Positions 1-9,119 are shown, counted from the stretch's first letter. The stretch: 64,000 bases of DNA from Desulfurococcaceae archaeon (GCA_038824035.1 JAWBBW010000005.1:1-64000), one strand, 5' to 3'. The notes: generated by a model from the letters alone, not told the origin. Made by a program: numbers and translations.

Positions 1-504
1 GTTGACAACTATTTCATGTTTCCTAGTCGATTCCATAGCTCTCCTTAACTGAGGTATATCGAAATTGCTAACACCTATGTACCTTGTTAAACCCCTATCA
101 GCTAGGACTTCGAAATTCTTGATCTGTTTCTCTATACTAAGCCTCTCGTTAGGCCAATGTATCAGATATAGATCTACGTAGCTTACACCTAGTCTTCTCA
201 GAGAATTCTCGGCTGATCTGATTACCTCATCCACGTCATCCAATCTATTAGGCATCATCTTTGTCACAATGAAAACGACATCTCTACCAATATGCTTGAT
301 CACTTGTCCAACAAATTCCTCCGCTCTGCCCAGATCATACATTTCAGCTGTGTCAATCAAGTTCACGCCATGGGAAATAGCATAGATAAATGCGTCGAAC
401 GCGCGTTCATATGACTTTATGCCATAAGTGCCAAGCCCTATTGCCGATACCTTATCAGAGCCTATGACTTTATGGTCCTCTGGATCGGGGTATAGATCGC
501 TCAC
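1..504 (-). CDS. Aldo/keto reductase (partial, runs off window start)
   Basis: Own translation from GTG at 504: MSDLYPDPEDHKVIGSDKVSAIGLGTYG...GVNLIDTAEMY...FIVTK...SLRRLGVSYVDLYLIHWPN, carrying the AKR D-Y-K-H motifs. Not in the ORF track. Confidence 0.9.
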   Translation of the reverse strand, partial: MSDLYPDPEDHKVIGSDKVSAIGLGTYGIKSYERAFDAFIYAISHGVNLIDTAEMYDLGRAEEFVGQVIKHIGRDVVFIVTKMMPNRLDDVDEVIRSAENSLRRLGVSYVDLYLIHWPNERLSIEKQIKNFEVLADRGLTRYIGVSNFDIPQLRRAMESTRKHEIVVN

Positions 505-549
505 ATAACCCCCATCAATTATTGTTAAATCGAACCTCAATAAAAATGT

Positions 550-1101
550 TTACACGTGATCAAGCGTACACACACTATCCAATAACTGGCTTAACGCCTC
601 CATGGGGTCCTGGTTCTCGTGGAAAATAAGCCTGAACAACTCTCTGTAATGATAACTCACTTCATAGATATAAATATCAAGGTCGTTGAAGGGGGGTTCT
701 TCATCACCTTTACCTATGCCTGGACATATAGATGATATCTCTAATCTATCCCTGGAAGTAGGGGAAACCGGGATGAATGGGAATAGCCTACATCTCATAG
801 GCCTTGCCGGGTAGATATCACACACCGGTGTTTTCCCATTATTGTACCTGAGGAATACGCATTTATCTCCTATCCCCCTCAACAACGGTATTGGTATGTG
901 ATCAGCTATGACAGCGTAAATGTATCTGCCTGTCAATGCCCTCCAATCAATCCTTAAGAACCTAGCTATTCTACAGATATCGAACACGGTGAGCGCAACA
1001 TTAGGACCACTTGTACAACACTTACCACACCTAATACATTTATACCTCGTACTACGATCATCCCTTGTAACGATTTTACCTGAGATCATGACTTCATCCA
1101 C
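550..1101 (-). CDS. YkgJ-family (CxxCxxCC) Fe-S/Zn cysteine-cluster protein
   Basis: CIRCGKCC...CVFL...CDIYPARPMRCRLFPF...CPG motif series. Confidence 0.85.
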   Translation of the reverse strand: MDEVMISGKIVTRDDRSTRYKCIRCGKCCTSGPNVALTVFDICRIARFLRIDWRALTGRYIYAVIADHIPIPLLRGIGDKCVFLRYNNGKTPVCDIYPARPMRCRLFPFIPVSPTSRDRLEISSICPGIGKGDEEPPFNDLDIYIYEVSYHYRELFRLIFHENQDPMEALSQLLDSVCTLDHV

Positions 1102-1270
1102 AAATTCCTCTTAATGGGCATGAAGAACATCTGTATCTGGTATTCGTTTTCCCATACATATACATGATCTCATCTTCGTCCAACGGATTCATGAACACAT
1201 ATCCACGTGTCCCATATATTGGTGATTTTTTCATCTGCTTATCACTGTCATTCCCTTCTTGTTTCTCCAT
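1094..1270 (-). CDS. Small 58-aa protein with C-terminal CxxCPLxxxC motif
   Basis: Own translation MEKQEGNDSDKQMKKSPIYGTRGYVFMNPLDEDEIMYMYGKTNTRYRCSSCPLRGICG*. The stop overlaps the YkgJ start, and it is below the ORF-track cutoff. Confidence 0.55.
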   Translation of the reverse strand: MEKQEGNDSDKQMKKSPIYGTRGYVFMNPLDEDEIMYMYGKTNTRYRCSSCPLRGICG

Positions 1271-1325
1271 GTCATAGCACCATTCAATAACTTTGTTATT
1301 GACCCTTATATTTCACCCCCATCCT

Positions 1326-1952
1326 TTAAATATCCTTTAAAACCACGTGTCTAAATGGATTATTATCTGGCACTACTCTTAACCAATTGTCCAATATCTC
1401 GTTGCTCGAGGCGATCTTCAATAAGCCGTGGCTTGTTTCAATCACACATTCCTCTTGTATCACTGAAAGGCTTTTACATGCCTTAAACACTATGTCCTTT
1501 ATTCCCTCTCTTAGACCTATTTGTAGTAAAAGCCAATTACTGAGCAATTCACCTGGGCTTATCCTCGGGATTTTCTCTATTTTTTCATGTGGTTTTAAGT
1601 AGAAATTAAATCTTGATTTATCGATATAGTCGATTGAGACGGGTATAATTCCCTCTCCATATCTCATATGTATATTGAGTCCTCCATAGAACATCGTGTT
1701 TATATATAAAAGTTTTTGGAAATCATTGGAATCAATGTTGCCAAACACTATATTCATGCACGCCTCCTCTATATCACTAAGCCATTCTTTAAGCGGTATA
1801 TTATGCACTATTCTATAATCATTATTTTTCCTCAATACATTAAGCCTATAGTTTAGTAAAGGTAGTGTCACGTACATTTCAAAACCATGTGTTTTGAAAG
1901 CGTCTATCACTATGACGAGCGGGCAACTATGTAGTTCACTATAATCCCACAT
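1326..1952 (-). CDS. Hypothetical protein
   Basis: 208-aa ORF filling the gap; no recognisable motif. Confidence 0.7.
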   Translation of the reverse strand: MWDYSELHSCPLVIVIDAFKTHGFEMYVTLPLLNYRLNVLRKNNDYRIVHNIPLKEWLSDIEEACMNIVFGNIDSNDFQKLLYINTMFYGGLNIHMRYGEGIIPVSIDYIDKSRFNFYLKPHEKIEKIPRISPGELLSNWLLLQIGLREGIKDIVFKACKSLSVIQEECVIETSHGLLKIASSNEILDNWLRVVPDNNPFRHVVLKDI

Positions 1953-2017
1953 CCCACTATCTGCCTCTCATTGTATTAATAAAAACCTTTAATCCTTTAT
2001 TTAAGAAAATTGGATTA

Positions 2018-3097
2018 GTGATAGACATGCTTAAGAGAACGCTGATCTCCATATTAACGATGATCGTCTTGATTACATATTTGCCAATAATTGATAGCAA
2101 CGCACTGAATGGAATTGACAGGGTCAATTATATCGTGATATACGATCCCGAAGATGGCGTTGGCATGGCTATCTTAAAGATATATGTCAGTCAAATAAGC
2201 GATTACGAAGAGATCTCATTGCCTATTAACATTTTCATATCAGAAAGCGCTGACTATGACTTCCTATACTACACGTCAACGCCTGGTCTAGATGTATTAC
2301 CCAGCTATGATAAAGACACGGGCATTATCAGCTTCATAGTGAGAGGTAGTGGTAATGCTGAGTTTGTATTCTCAATAAGAGATCTCATGGAGGAAGCTGG
2401 GATAGGGATTTACATATTGTTCATAAACAGCTCTATATATAAGGACATCGTCCCCTCTCATATGTTCTCAATGGAAATACATATACTTGGCAAATACAAT
2501 ATATTTATAAGGGAAATGATAACTGAAAATGCCTCATACAGCATTGCTGGAAACTCTACAATGTCATCCGTGTTCATCAATGGCACGGGGACCTTTATTC
2601 TCGTGTCTTCCCTTGAATTACCACTAGAAAACACTGTTTCGGCTATAAGCCCCTTAACCACTCCCAATGTAACCACAAGTAATGTCTCAACAACAAGTCC
2701 CTTTCAATATTCAACGCCAACCTCTGGCGTGATCCCTGGCATGTTTTCAACCATAATAGTCTTAATAGTCCTTGGCACAGCAGTAATACTTGTTCTAGCC
2801 TTATTCCTAGCTAGAAGAGGTAAGTACGCGCCAGAAATAGAGACAGGGGATATAACCACAGACCCCGTTGCAAAGTCTATTATCAAAATACTTGGAGAAT
2901 CTGGTCAAACCGAGTTATTGCAATCGGAGATCGTTAATAAGACAAAGTTGCCTAAATCAAGTATTAGTAGAAGAATACGGAGACTGGAAGAAGACGGCTA
3001 TATAATGGTTAGGCGTGCGGGGAAGTACAACTATATATCATTAACCACTAAGGGGTGGGGCCTTTACAGAAAATTATTTGGTGATAAAAAGAGTTGA
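2018..3097 (+). CDS. Membrane-anchored protein: signal peptide, extracellular domain, Thr/Ser linker, TM helix, C-terminal winged HTH
   Basis: Hydrophobic N-terminus; TTPNVTTSNVSTTS linker; TM IIVLIVLGTAVILVLALFLA-RR; LLQSEIVNKTKLPKSSISRRIRRLEEDGYI wHTH. Confidence 0.8.
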   Translation: MIDMLKRTLISILTMIVLITYLPIIDSNALNGIDRVNYIVIYDPEDGVGMAILKIYVSQISDYEEISLPINIFISESADYDFLYYTSTPGLDVLPSYDKDTGIISFIVRGSGNAEFVFSIRDLMEEAGIGIYILFINSSIYKDIVPSHMFSMEIHILGKYNIFIREMITENASYSIAGNSTMSSVFINGTGTFILVSSLELPLENTVSAISPLTTPNVTTSNVSTTSPFQYSTPTSGVIPGMFSTIIVLIVLGTAVILVLALFLARRGKYAPEIETGDITTDPVAKSIIKILGESGQTELLQSEIVNKTKLPKSSISRRIRRLEEDGYIMVRRAGKYNYISLTTKGWGLYRKLFGDKKS

Positions 3098-3618
3098 GCG
3101 AACCTATCCCAGTACATGGCATGGGCTTATTTCTTCTTCGAGAATCGGGGTTCATAGAGCAAATAGTTATATTTGATTACTATGACCCCGGAAGGTATTA
3201 CGAAGAGATTGTAAAAGACCCTCGAAAGCTAGATGAGGAGAAATCCACTATTGCCCGTAATATGCAATTTTACTTGGATTTAGAAAAGGTAGAGATCAAT
3301 CATAGACCAAGCTACCCAAGAGTGCTAGATGTCGAAATAGGGTTTAGGGGTAACCATGAAAATCCATATATAATGTTCTTCATAATATTCCACGGAATGT
3401 TGAGGAAGGGTTTGAACATTTATGAGAACTGGTATGAAGAGGAAGTGACGGAATATGACTACGAAGTCTACTGGATTATGCCACCAAAAGCGAGAATTCT
3501 CAAAGCGGACCTGGGCGTGCCATATGAATTACTGAACCAAGGCAGAATCCTGAAATTTGAAGTCAGCAAAAACACTAGGATCAGGGGATATGAGAGAATA
3601 GAGTTCGAGATCGAGTAG
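3094..3618 (+). CDS. Hypothetical protein, translationally coupled to the upstream wHTH gene
   Basis: 174-aa ORF whose start overlaps the upstream stop (TTGA). Confidence 0.75.
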   Translation: MSEPIPVHGMGLFLLRESGFIEQIVIFDYYDPGRYYEEIVKDPRKLDEEKSTIARNMQFYLDLEKVEINHRPSYPRVLDVEIGFRGNHENPYIMFFIIFHGMLRKGLNIYENWYEEEVTEYDYEVYWIMPPKARILKADLGVPYELLNQGRILKFEVSKNTRIRGYERIEFEIE

Positions 3619-3662
3619 AAACAGGGGTTTAAAACCAGGAACTAAGTATAAATAAAATGGTA

Positions 3663-3719
3663 ATGATGTAAGGGGACCTCGAATAATGCCTGAAAAATGA
3701 TGTGGGGCCAAAGCGCTGA
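3663..3719 (+). ncRNA. C/D-box guide sRNA candidate
   Basis: ATGATGT (C) - guide - CTGA (D', 3690) - ATGATGT (C', 3697) - GGGGCCAAAGCG - CTGA (D, 3716); TTTAAAA box ~30 nt upstream; intergenic. Confidence 0.7.
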
Positions 3720-3745
3720 GCCCTTTTAAATAATTTATGTATATT

Positions 3746-3795
3746 TTGATGAATGCGTCGTTGAATGATTCAATGAAGTCATCCAATCACTCCGA
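3746..3795 (+). ncRNA. Second possible C/D-box sRNA
   Basis: TTGATGA - 12 nt - ATGA - ATGAAGT - 12 nt - CCGA; spacing is canonical but the boxes are degenerate. Confidence 0.35.
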
Positions 3796-3808
3796 GAGGT
3801 GTCGTTTA

Positions 3809-4978
3809 ATGCCGGGGTTTATAGATTACATCAAATACCCATTTCTAATGTCAATCGACGAATTTGTAAACACTTATTATTCGCATCCATTATTAATCGT
3901 GATCAAGAGTTCTGAGCTGAGGGCTAAATTATTGTCTATCATTAGGTCTATCATCGAGGATCTACAGATACCAGTGGAGATCTTTAACGACATAGAGGAA
4001 AGTGTCTCGGCTTTCTATACTCTCTTGAACATAGCCAAGATCGTCAATGACAAGAGACTGGTTAATAGAATAGCCATTTCATATTCAAAGAGCGCTGGGA
4101 GTTTCTTTGAAAAAGAAGATGAATACACATTGGTACTCATTTCCAATAAGACCGGTCTCAAAGCCGAATACATAGCACTTAATCCACCCAGATTGCCGGA
4201 AATAGTTTCCAATAATTCGCGTGGTAAACGCGGCAAGATCGACATGAGATTTGTGCCATGCCCATTCGCTATCCCGCTTAAACAATACCTAAAGATCGTG
4301 TCTTCCAAGTTAATACACGATCAACTTTATTCGCCTTCCAATAACATCATACAAAACGGCATGGTCTATTTAAATAGACGTCTTTTTCAACGAATTCTCG
4401 AAGAAAACATTGTCAACTATATATTGAAAAGGTACAACGAGTTAGAGGCCATTAATGACGAGAGATTAGCAGAGATCGTGGAGGAGTTGAAAAAGATCAT
4501 TGCTACCAGTTATGGGAATACCAGATCATTGAAAGAAGAGATTAAAAATGAGAACGCGGAAACAACTACAACTATAAAAGAAGGGTGCATCACTGATATC
4601 ATGCCCGATCTTTTCCCTCCATGTATCCAAAGGATCTTGAGCTCTCTGGAGAACGGTGGGAATCCGAGCCATATAGAGAGATTTAACCTAGCGGCATTTC
4701 TTGGAAATATTGGAGCCGGGCCTGATGATATTCTGGAATATTTTAAGAAAACGGCTGATTTTAATGAAAAAATAGCAAGATACCAGATAGAACACATACT
4801 CGGCTTACGAGGGGGTAGGAAGAAGTATTTACCATATAATTGTGCCAATATGAAGAGTAGTGGTATATGCCCGGTCCAAGAAAGTTGTAAAGGCGGTAAA
4901 AGCCCCTTAGCTGTATACAGATACAATCTGAGATCAATTGTTAGAAATAAGCGCGAAACTAGGAGTGCTTCTCGATGA
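3809..4978 (+). CDS. priL: DNA primase large subunit
   Basis: KYPFL near N-terminus; FPPCI...SHIERFNLAAFL...DFNEKIARYQIEHI.G..G....YLPYNC..MK..GICP Fe-S domain. Start moved to ATG 3809 after GAGGTG (ORF track starts at 3737). Confidence 0.92.
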   Translation: MPGFIDYIKYPFLMSIDEFVNTYYSHPLLIVIKSSELRAKLLSIIRSIIEDLQIPVEIFNDIEESVSAFYTLLNIAKIVNDKRLVNRIAISYSKSAGSFFEKEDEYTLVLISNKTGLKAEYIALNPPRLPEIVSNNSRGKRGKIDMRFVPCPFAIPLKQYLKIVSSKLIHDQLYSPSNNIIQNGMVYLNRRLFQRILEENIVNYILKRYNELEAINDERLAEIVEELKKIIATSYGNTRSLKEEIKNENAETTTTIKEGCITDIMPDLFPPCIQRILSSLENGGNPSHIERFNLAAFLGNIGAGPDDILEYFKKTADFNEKIARYQIEHILGLRGGRKKYLPYNCANMKSSGICPVQESCKGGKSPLAVYRYNLRSIVRNKRETRSASR

Positions 4979-6170
4979 TAAACATGGTTACGAGCTTATT
5001 TATAACAGAGTACAGTATATAAAGTGTTCCAAAGATCGCGAGAACAGTTAAAACTATGTTCTCAATCATTAATGGATAATGTGGCCTGGGGGGAATACTT
5101 TTCTCAATAGTCAATGGTGGCTCCACGTTAACTATGTCTCCAGGCAGCGTAAATCTCAACACTCTACATGTGATCACAGAAGGCGTATAATATATCCTCT
5201 TATTGTTAAATGTGATATAGGTAGCCAAGGCTAAATTGCTATTTTTAATTGAGAGATCTGGGTCAAGTGGACCTATTATCACATAGCATGGTACTTCTTT
5301 CTCGTAGATCATTAATAAGGTATCATTACCCAGGATCTTCAATTTGAATAATCTCTCGTCTTGCAAGGTACCATTGGTTCTTTCCACCAAGTGTAGTAGT
5401 ACAAATGTTAATTTGTTCTCTGTTAAAGAGCTTCCATCACCGGCCTTAACTGTTATGATCAAATCAAAGGTGTCCCTATTTATTATCTGATCAAATATAT
5501 GCCTGTAGTCACTTAGATAAACTGACACAACTACGTAGCAGTAACCGCCCTGAGAAAGCCTTATGTTCCTCACCTCGGAGTAAAGCACAGGTATATTGGT
5601 CAATGGCTCTATGTAGATATGCCAATTACTATAATTTATATCACCGGGTGTCAGATCATAATAACTGCCCATTATTTGCAACATATCCACATCAAGCCTG
5701 GTAAAAGCCATGGCCACTCCACTGGTCTTGGGCTCATTAAGCTGGATCGTGTTATTTGAGTAGACCAAGACTATTGGAGGCATTGTACAATTCAACACTG
5801 TGATATTTTCATATTCCTTCAATTCCTCTGTTATCTCCATTGCAAGGTGCTGTGGATCGGTGGAGATATCCATTATAACTAGCCTAAGGTCACATTTATC
5901 AATATTCATAGAAGATGTATTGAAGAACATCCTGACCTCTACTTTATAATGTATGAACAATGACAACACTTGACTTGGTGCACTCTTAGTCATGATCTCT
6001 GATGTTATATTACCTTCTGATTTAATCTGTAATACACCTATATAGGTCATATCCAACATTAAAACGTCTTTACTGATCGATGAACCAGTTGATGTCTTAA
6101 CCTGGGGGAGGGAAAGCAATAATAATGATAAAACAATCAGAAACACCGAGACATAGACATATCTCATCAA
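4959..6170 (-). CDS. Hypothetical surface/membrane protein (signal peptide plus C-terminal TM anchor)
   Basis: 403 aa with hydrophobic N- and C-termini and several NxS/T sequons. Confidence 0.7.
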   Translation of the reverse strand: MMRYVYVSVFLIVLSLLLLSLPQVKTSTGSSISKDVLMLDMTYIGVLQIKSEGNITSEIMTKSAPSQVLSLFIHYKVEVRMFFNTSSMNIDKCDLRLVIMDISTDPQHLAMEITEELKEYENITVLNCTMPPIVLVYSNNTIQLNEPKTSGVAMAFTRLDVDMLQIMGSYYDLTPGDINYSNWHIYIEPLTNIPVLYSEVRNIRLSQGGYCYVVVSVYLSDYRHIFDQIINRDTFDLIITVKAGDGSSLTENKLTFVLLHLVERTNGTLQDERLFKLKILGNDTLLMIYEKEVPCYVIIGPLDPDLSIKNSNLALATYITFNNKRIYYTPSVITCRVLRFTLPGDIVNVEPPLTIEKSIPPRPHYPLMIENIVLTVLAIFGTLYILYSVINKLVTMFIIEKHS

Positions 6171-6275
6171 ATCCCCTGTTCTCCAAACAAAATATTAGAA
6201 TCTAAGAATAAATAAGAATAAAACAGGGTTAAAAAGCGATCCTAGGTTATTATAAATAGCCCTAAGTGATGTTAC

Positions 6276-6641
6276 ATGTCCAGTAATGAGTTTACCATAA
6301 AACATACCTCTCAAATTATATACACCAGGCTGAGCGACAATAGCAAGGCATATGTCAAATACGAGATTGAGAATGGAATCATGAAATTATTGGAGACGTA
6401 TACCCCTCCTCAACATAGGGGTAAAGGAATCGCTACATTGCTTATAAGGTATGCCATTGACCTTGCAAGGAAAAACAACTTATTAATTAAACCAATATGT
6501 AGTTACTCGATTTACTACTTCATAAATCACCCAGAGGACAGAGATATCCTGGTGCCAGAATATAGAGATCTTGGAGATCAAGATTTGAAAAAGCTATTTG
6601 AAGACGCCCGCGCAAGGGAAAGAGAAAAGAAAGGTGATTAA
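6276..6641 (+). CDS. Small GNAT N-acetyltransferase (YjdJ-like)
   Basis: ETYTPPQHRGKGIA acetyl-CoA motif; KPICSY. Confidence 0.85.
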   Translation: MSSNEFTIKHTSQIIYTRLSDNSKAYVKYEIENGIMKLLETYTPPQHRGKGIATLLIRYAIDLARKNNLLIKPICSYSIYYFINHPEDRDILVPEYRDLGDQDLKKLFEDARAREREKKGD

Positions 6642-6643
6642 AC

Positions 6644-6916
6644 TTGAAAGTGAGGACCAAGTACATGTTGTGGTTAGCGGCGAAAGCGCGCGTGGAAGAG
6701 GAAATAGTGGACATCGAGCCTGGTTCAACCATATTAGACTTATTATTAAGAGTACGTGAGAATAATAAGGGTTTGGCTAAATATATTGATGAAATCCTGT
6801 CAGGGAGATCAGAGATAATAGTTTTACATAATTCAAGTCAACCTGCATTTGGACTTAGAACAACGCTAAGAGATGGTGATACCATCGTGTTAATACCACC
6901 GGTCTCTGGTGGCTAA
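6644..6916 (+). CDS. Ubiquitin-like MoaD/ThiS/Urm1-SAMP sulfur carrier
   Basis: 90 aa ending LRDGDTIVLIPPVSGG. Confidence 0.9.
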   Translation: MKVRTKYMLWLAAKARVEEEIVDIEPGSTILDLLLRVRENNKGLAKYIDEILSGRSEIIVLHNSSQPAFGLRTTLRDGDTIVLIPPVSGG

Positions 6917-6963
6917 GTTAAATGTTAAAAAACCCTTCAATACTACAATAACATAGCAGTGAA

Positions 6964-7072
6964 GCCGCCGTAGCTCAGCTCGGTAGAGCGCCGGCCTTGT
7001 AAGCCTCTTTAAAACAGTTAAGAGGCCCGTCAGGAAAGCCGGTGGACGCGGGTTCAAATCCCGCCGGCGGCT
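6964..7072 (+). tRNA. tRNA-Thr(UGU) with 35-nt intron at 37/38 (7002-7036)
   Basis: Acceptor GCCGCCG/CGGCGGC, D arm GCTC/GAGC, anticodon stem CCGGC/GCCGG with CT-TGT-A, T arm GCGGG-TTCAAAT-CCCGC; BHB central helix CTTG/CAGG; no encoded CCA. Confidence 0.93.
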
Positions 7073-7121
7073 TACTTGTTCTCCATTTTTATAACGTCTC
7101 AACATGGCTACTTCCTTTAGA

Positions 7122-7178
7122 TCAGCCAGGGGTTCAAAAATGCTCATCTCTTTCTCGCATGCGGCAGGGCTTCATCAC
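7122..7178 (-). ncRNA. C/D-box guide sRNA candidate
   Basis: Minus strand reads GTGATGA-AGCCCTGCCGCAT-GCGA-GAAA-GAGATGA-GCATTTTTGAACCCCTGG-CTGA; TATATTAA ~30 nt upstream. Confidence 0.65.
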
Positions 7179-7222
7179 TCAAGCTATTAACCTCTTCACC
7201 AGTTAATATAGCTATCAAGGGA

Positions 7223-8278
7223 GTGTATATGGTTGCTGGAAGTCTTTGGCAATTAGAGGCAGTTGATCTGAGCGGCGATTTAATAAATTTGTTTAAACCC
7301 GTGGAAACCCTCCTGCATAACTATAATTCCAGGATAGGCATCTCGTTAAATCTTGTCAATAGAAATAAGAGGCTGATCAAAAACGCCATAATAGAGATCA
7401 TATTGGAATCCATGAGCGAAAGATTAGAGTGGAAATTACGAGTAAATGGCATTGGCGTGACAAAGGAGTTTAAACCACATATATCACTCAAACTAGGGAA
7501 CCGTTGGTTACATAAATTCATCTTCGACATCTCCAGTCTCCTCAATGTCCAACATGCCCTTTCCCGAGAATGGTTCAACGTGAACATAAAGTACGAGGGC
7601 GGAGACCCTTTCTCGGTCAAGGCATTAGTATTTAACGCCATTTACGAAGATGGTGATGCAAGCACATCCATTAAACACTTAACTGGATTGCTGAGATTAA
7701 ACCTCGGTGAAAACATCGAAGTACATATACCCGATTATATTCGTAGCGATATATACGATATGAGAATGATTCTTGAAATACCCAGAGATGGGAGAATAAA
7801 GCTGATCGTCGGGGATAACGAAACCGAGATATTGTCGAATTCGCATGGTTTCGATGAATATGTGTACACCGTCAACCGGGCTCACACTGAAAACAAAATA
7901 AGGCTAGTATATCAGAACTCGAGATCTCCGAGGGAAATACCCATGGTGGTTTCCAGTATAATGATGTTTAGGACAAGGATAAAGCAACCACGACTTGAGA
8001 TAAGGGACCTAGAGATCGTGAGAAAAGAGAACGATATATGGCTTAGACTATATATAGTTAATACAGGCTCTTCGATACCCGATAGAGTGATTTATTCTGT
8101 TTTCCATAGAGGACAGGTCATATGTAGTTTCAGGGAAAACATCCCCATAAAGCCAGGTGAAGAACTCGTCAAAGAGATCTATGTTAAGGGGAATATAAGA
8201 GACGATATCACCGTTAGAGTGATATGGAGTAAATTAACACGAATATGGACAACTGAGCGCTCAGTGAAGATCTTGTAG
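7223..8278 (+). CDS. Hypothetical beta-rich protein (C-terminus CARDB/Ig-like)
   Basis: 351-aa ORF; C-terminal ..IVNTGS....IKPGEE pattern. Confidence 0.7.
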   Translation: MYMVAGSLWQLEAVDLSGDLINLFKPVETLLHNYNSRIGISLNLVNRNKRLIKNAIIEIILESMSERLEWKLRVNGIGVTKEFKPHISLKLGNRWLHKFIFDISSLLNVQHALSREWFNVNIKYEGGDPFSVKALVFNAIYEDGDASTSIKHLTGLLRLNLGENIEVHIPDYIRSDIYDMRMILEIPRDGRIKLIVGDNETEILSNSHGFDEYVYTVNRAHTENKIRLVYQNSRSPREIPMVVSSIMMFRTRIKQPRLEIRDLEIVRKENDIWLRLYIVNTGSSIPDRVIYSVFHRGQVICSFRENIPIKPGEELVKEIYVKGNIRDDITVRVIWSKLTRIWTTERSVKIL

Positions 8279-8291
8279 CACCGTTCTAAGA

Positions 8292-9119
8292 TCATATGTA
8301 CTTTAACTCTAATCCCGTCTCGTCGCTGAATTCTTCAAGGAGTTTACGGTTCTCGAGCTTAATACCCTTTCTCTCAGCGATTATTTCCACTGGTTTCTCA
8401 AAACTTCTCTTAGTCATCATGTTCAACAATGGTTTATCGAGATATTGTAACGCGTATTTGGGCATTATGTGTCCATAACAAATATCTCTGACAAGGGCTA
8501 TTTCAGTATGTTTACGAGGATAGTGTCCTCCACCAATGCCTATGACAGGTGTGCATCTTTTCCCGGGTTTGTTCTCCAAATACATGATCAAAGCCTCGCC
8601 AATCACCGCGTGATTATCTATATCAGACCATTCCTCAATCCTGCTACCTATCTCCACGAAAACAAGTGGTTTTGATAAGCTAGTAGGCCCGTGATGTGTT
8701 GCCTCATAGCTAACCTCGAAATTGGTTTTATTGATTTCATTTCTTTTCTCGAAGATATTTCTCAAAATCATCCAAGATACACTTGGATAAGCTATTCCGA
8801 GCTCCCTCCCCTTACCCCCATATAACGCTTCCTCGGAGAAATTGCCAGTGTGGTGTACTGTGTAGCTTTTAATGCCGGCTTCACTGGAATGCCTCGATAA
8901 TATGATGTAATGAGACACTGTATAAGGTAATTCGTCATCAATAAAATCAAAATAGATCACGTCTTCTTTGAAACCAGCAATTATGAAGGAATCACCTTCT
9001 AAACAGGTAATTGCCCTATTACCACATGCAGTGGATTTATCGGGTTTTAAGGAATCCACCAAGTACTTTGCTATTCCAGATCCTGCCGGGTCTATAACAC
9101 TATAGACAAATCCAATCAC
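8292..9119 (-). CDS. dtdA: D-aminoacyl-tRNA deacylase (archaeal DTD2)
   Basis: SRHSS, TVHHTGN, EATHHGPT, FVEIGS, GGGHYP motifs. Confidence 0.93.
   Translation of the reverse strand: MIGFVYSVIDPAGSGIAKYLVDSLKPDKSTACGNRAITCLEGDSFIIAGFKEDVIYFDFIDDELPYTVSHYIILSRHSSEAGIKSYTVHHTGNFSEEALYGGKGRELGIAYPSVSWMILRNIFEKRNEINKTNFEVSYEATHHGPTSLSKPLVFVEIGSRIEEWSDIDNHAVIGEALIMYLENKPGKRCTPVIGIGGGHYPRKHTEIALVRDICYGHIMPKYALQYLDKPLLNMMTKRSFEKPVEIIAERKGIKLENRKLLEEFSDETGLELKYI

Noticed and set aside
6890-7147. 85-aa minus-strand ORF
   Set aside because: It is antisense to the tRNA-Thr and overlaps the sRNA candidate
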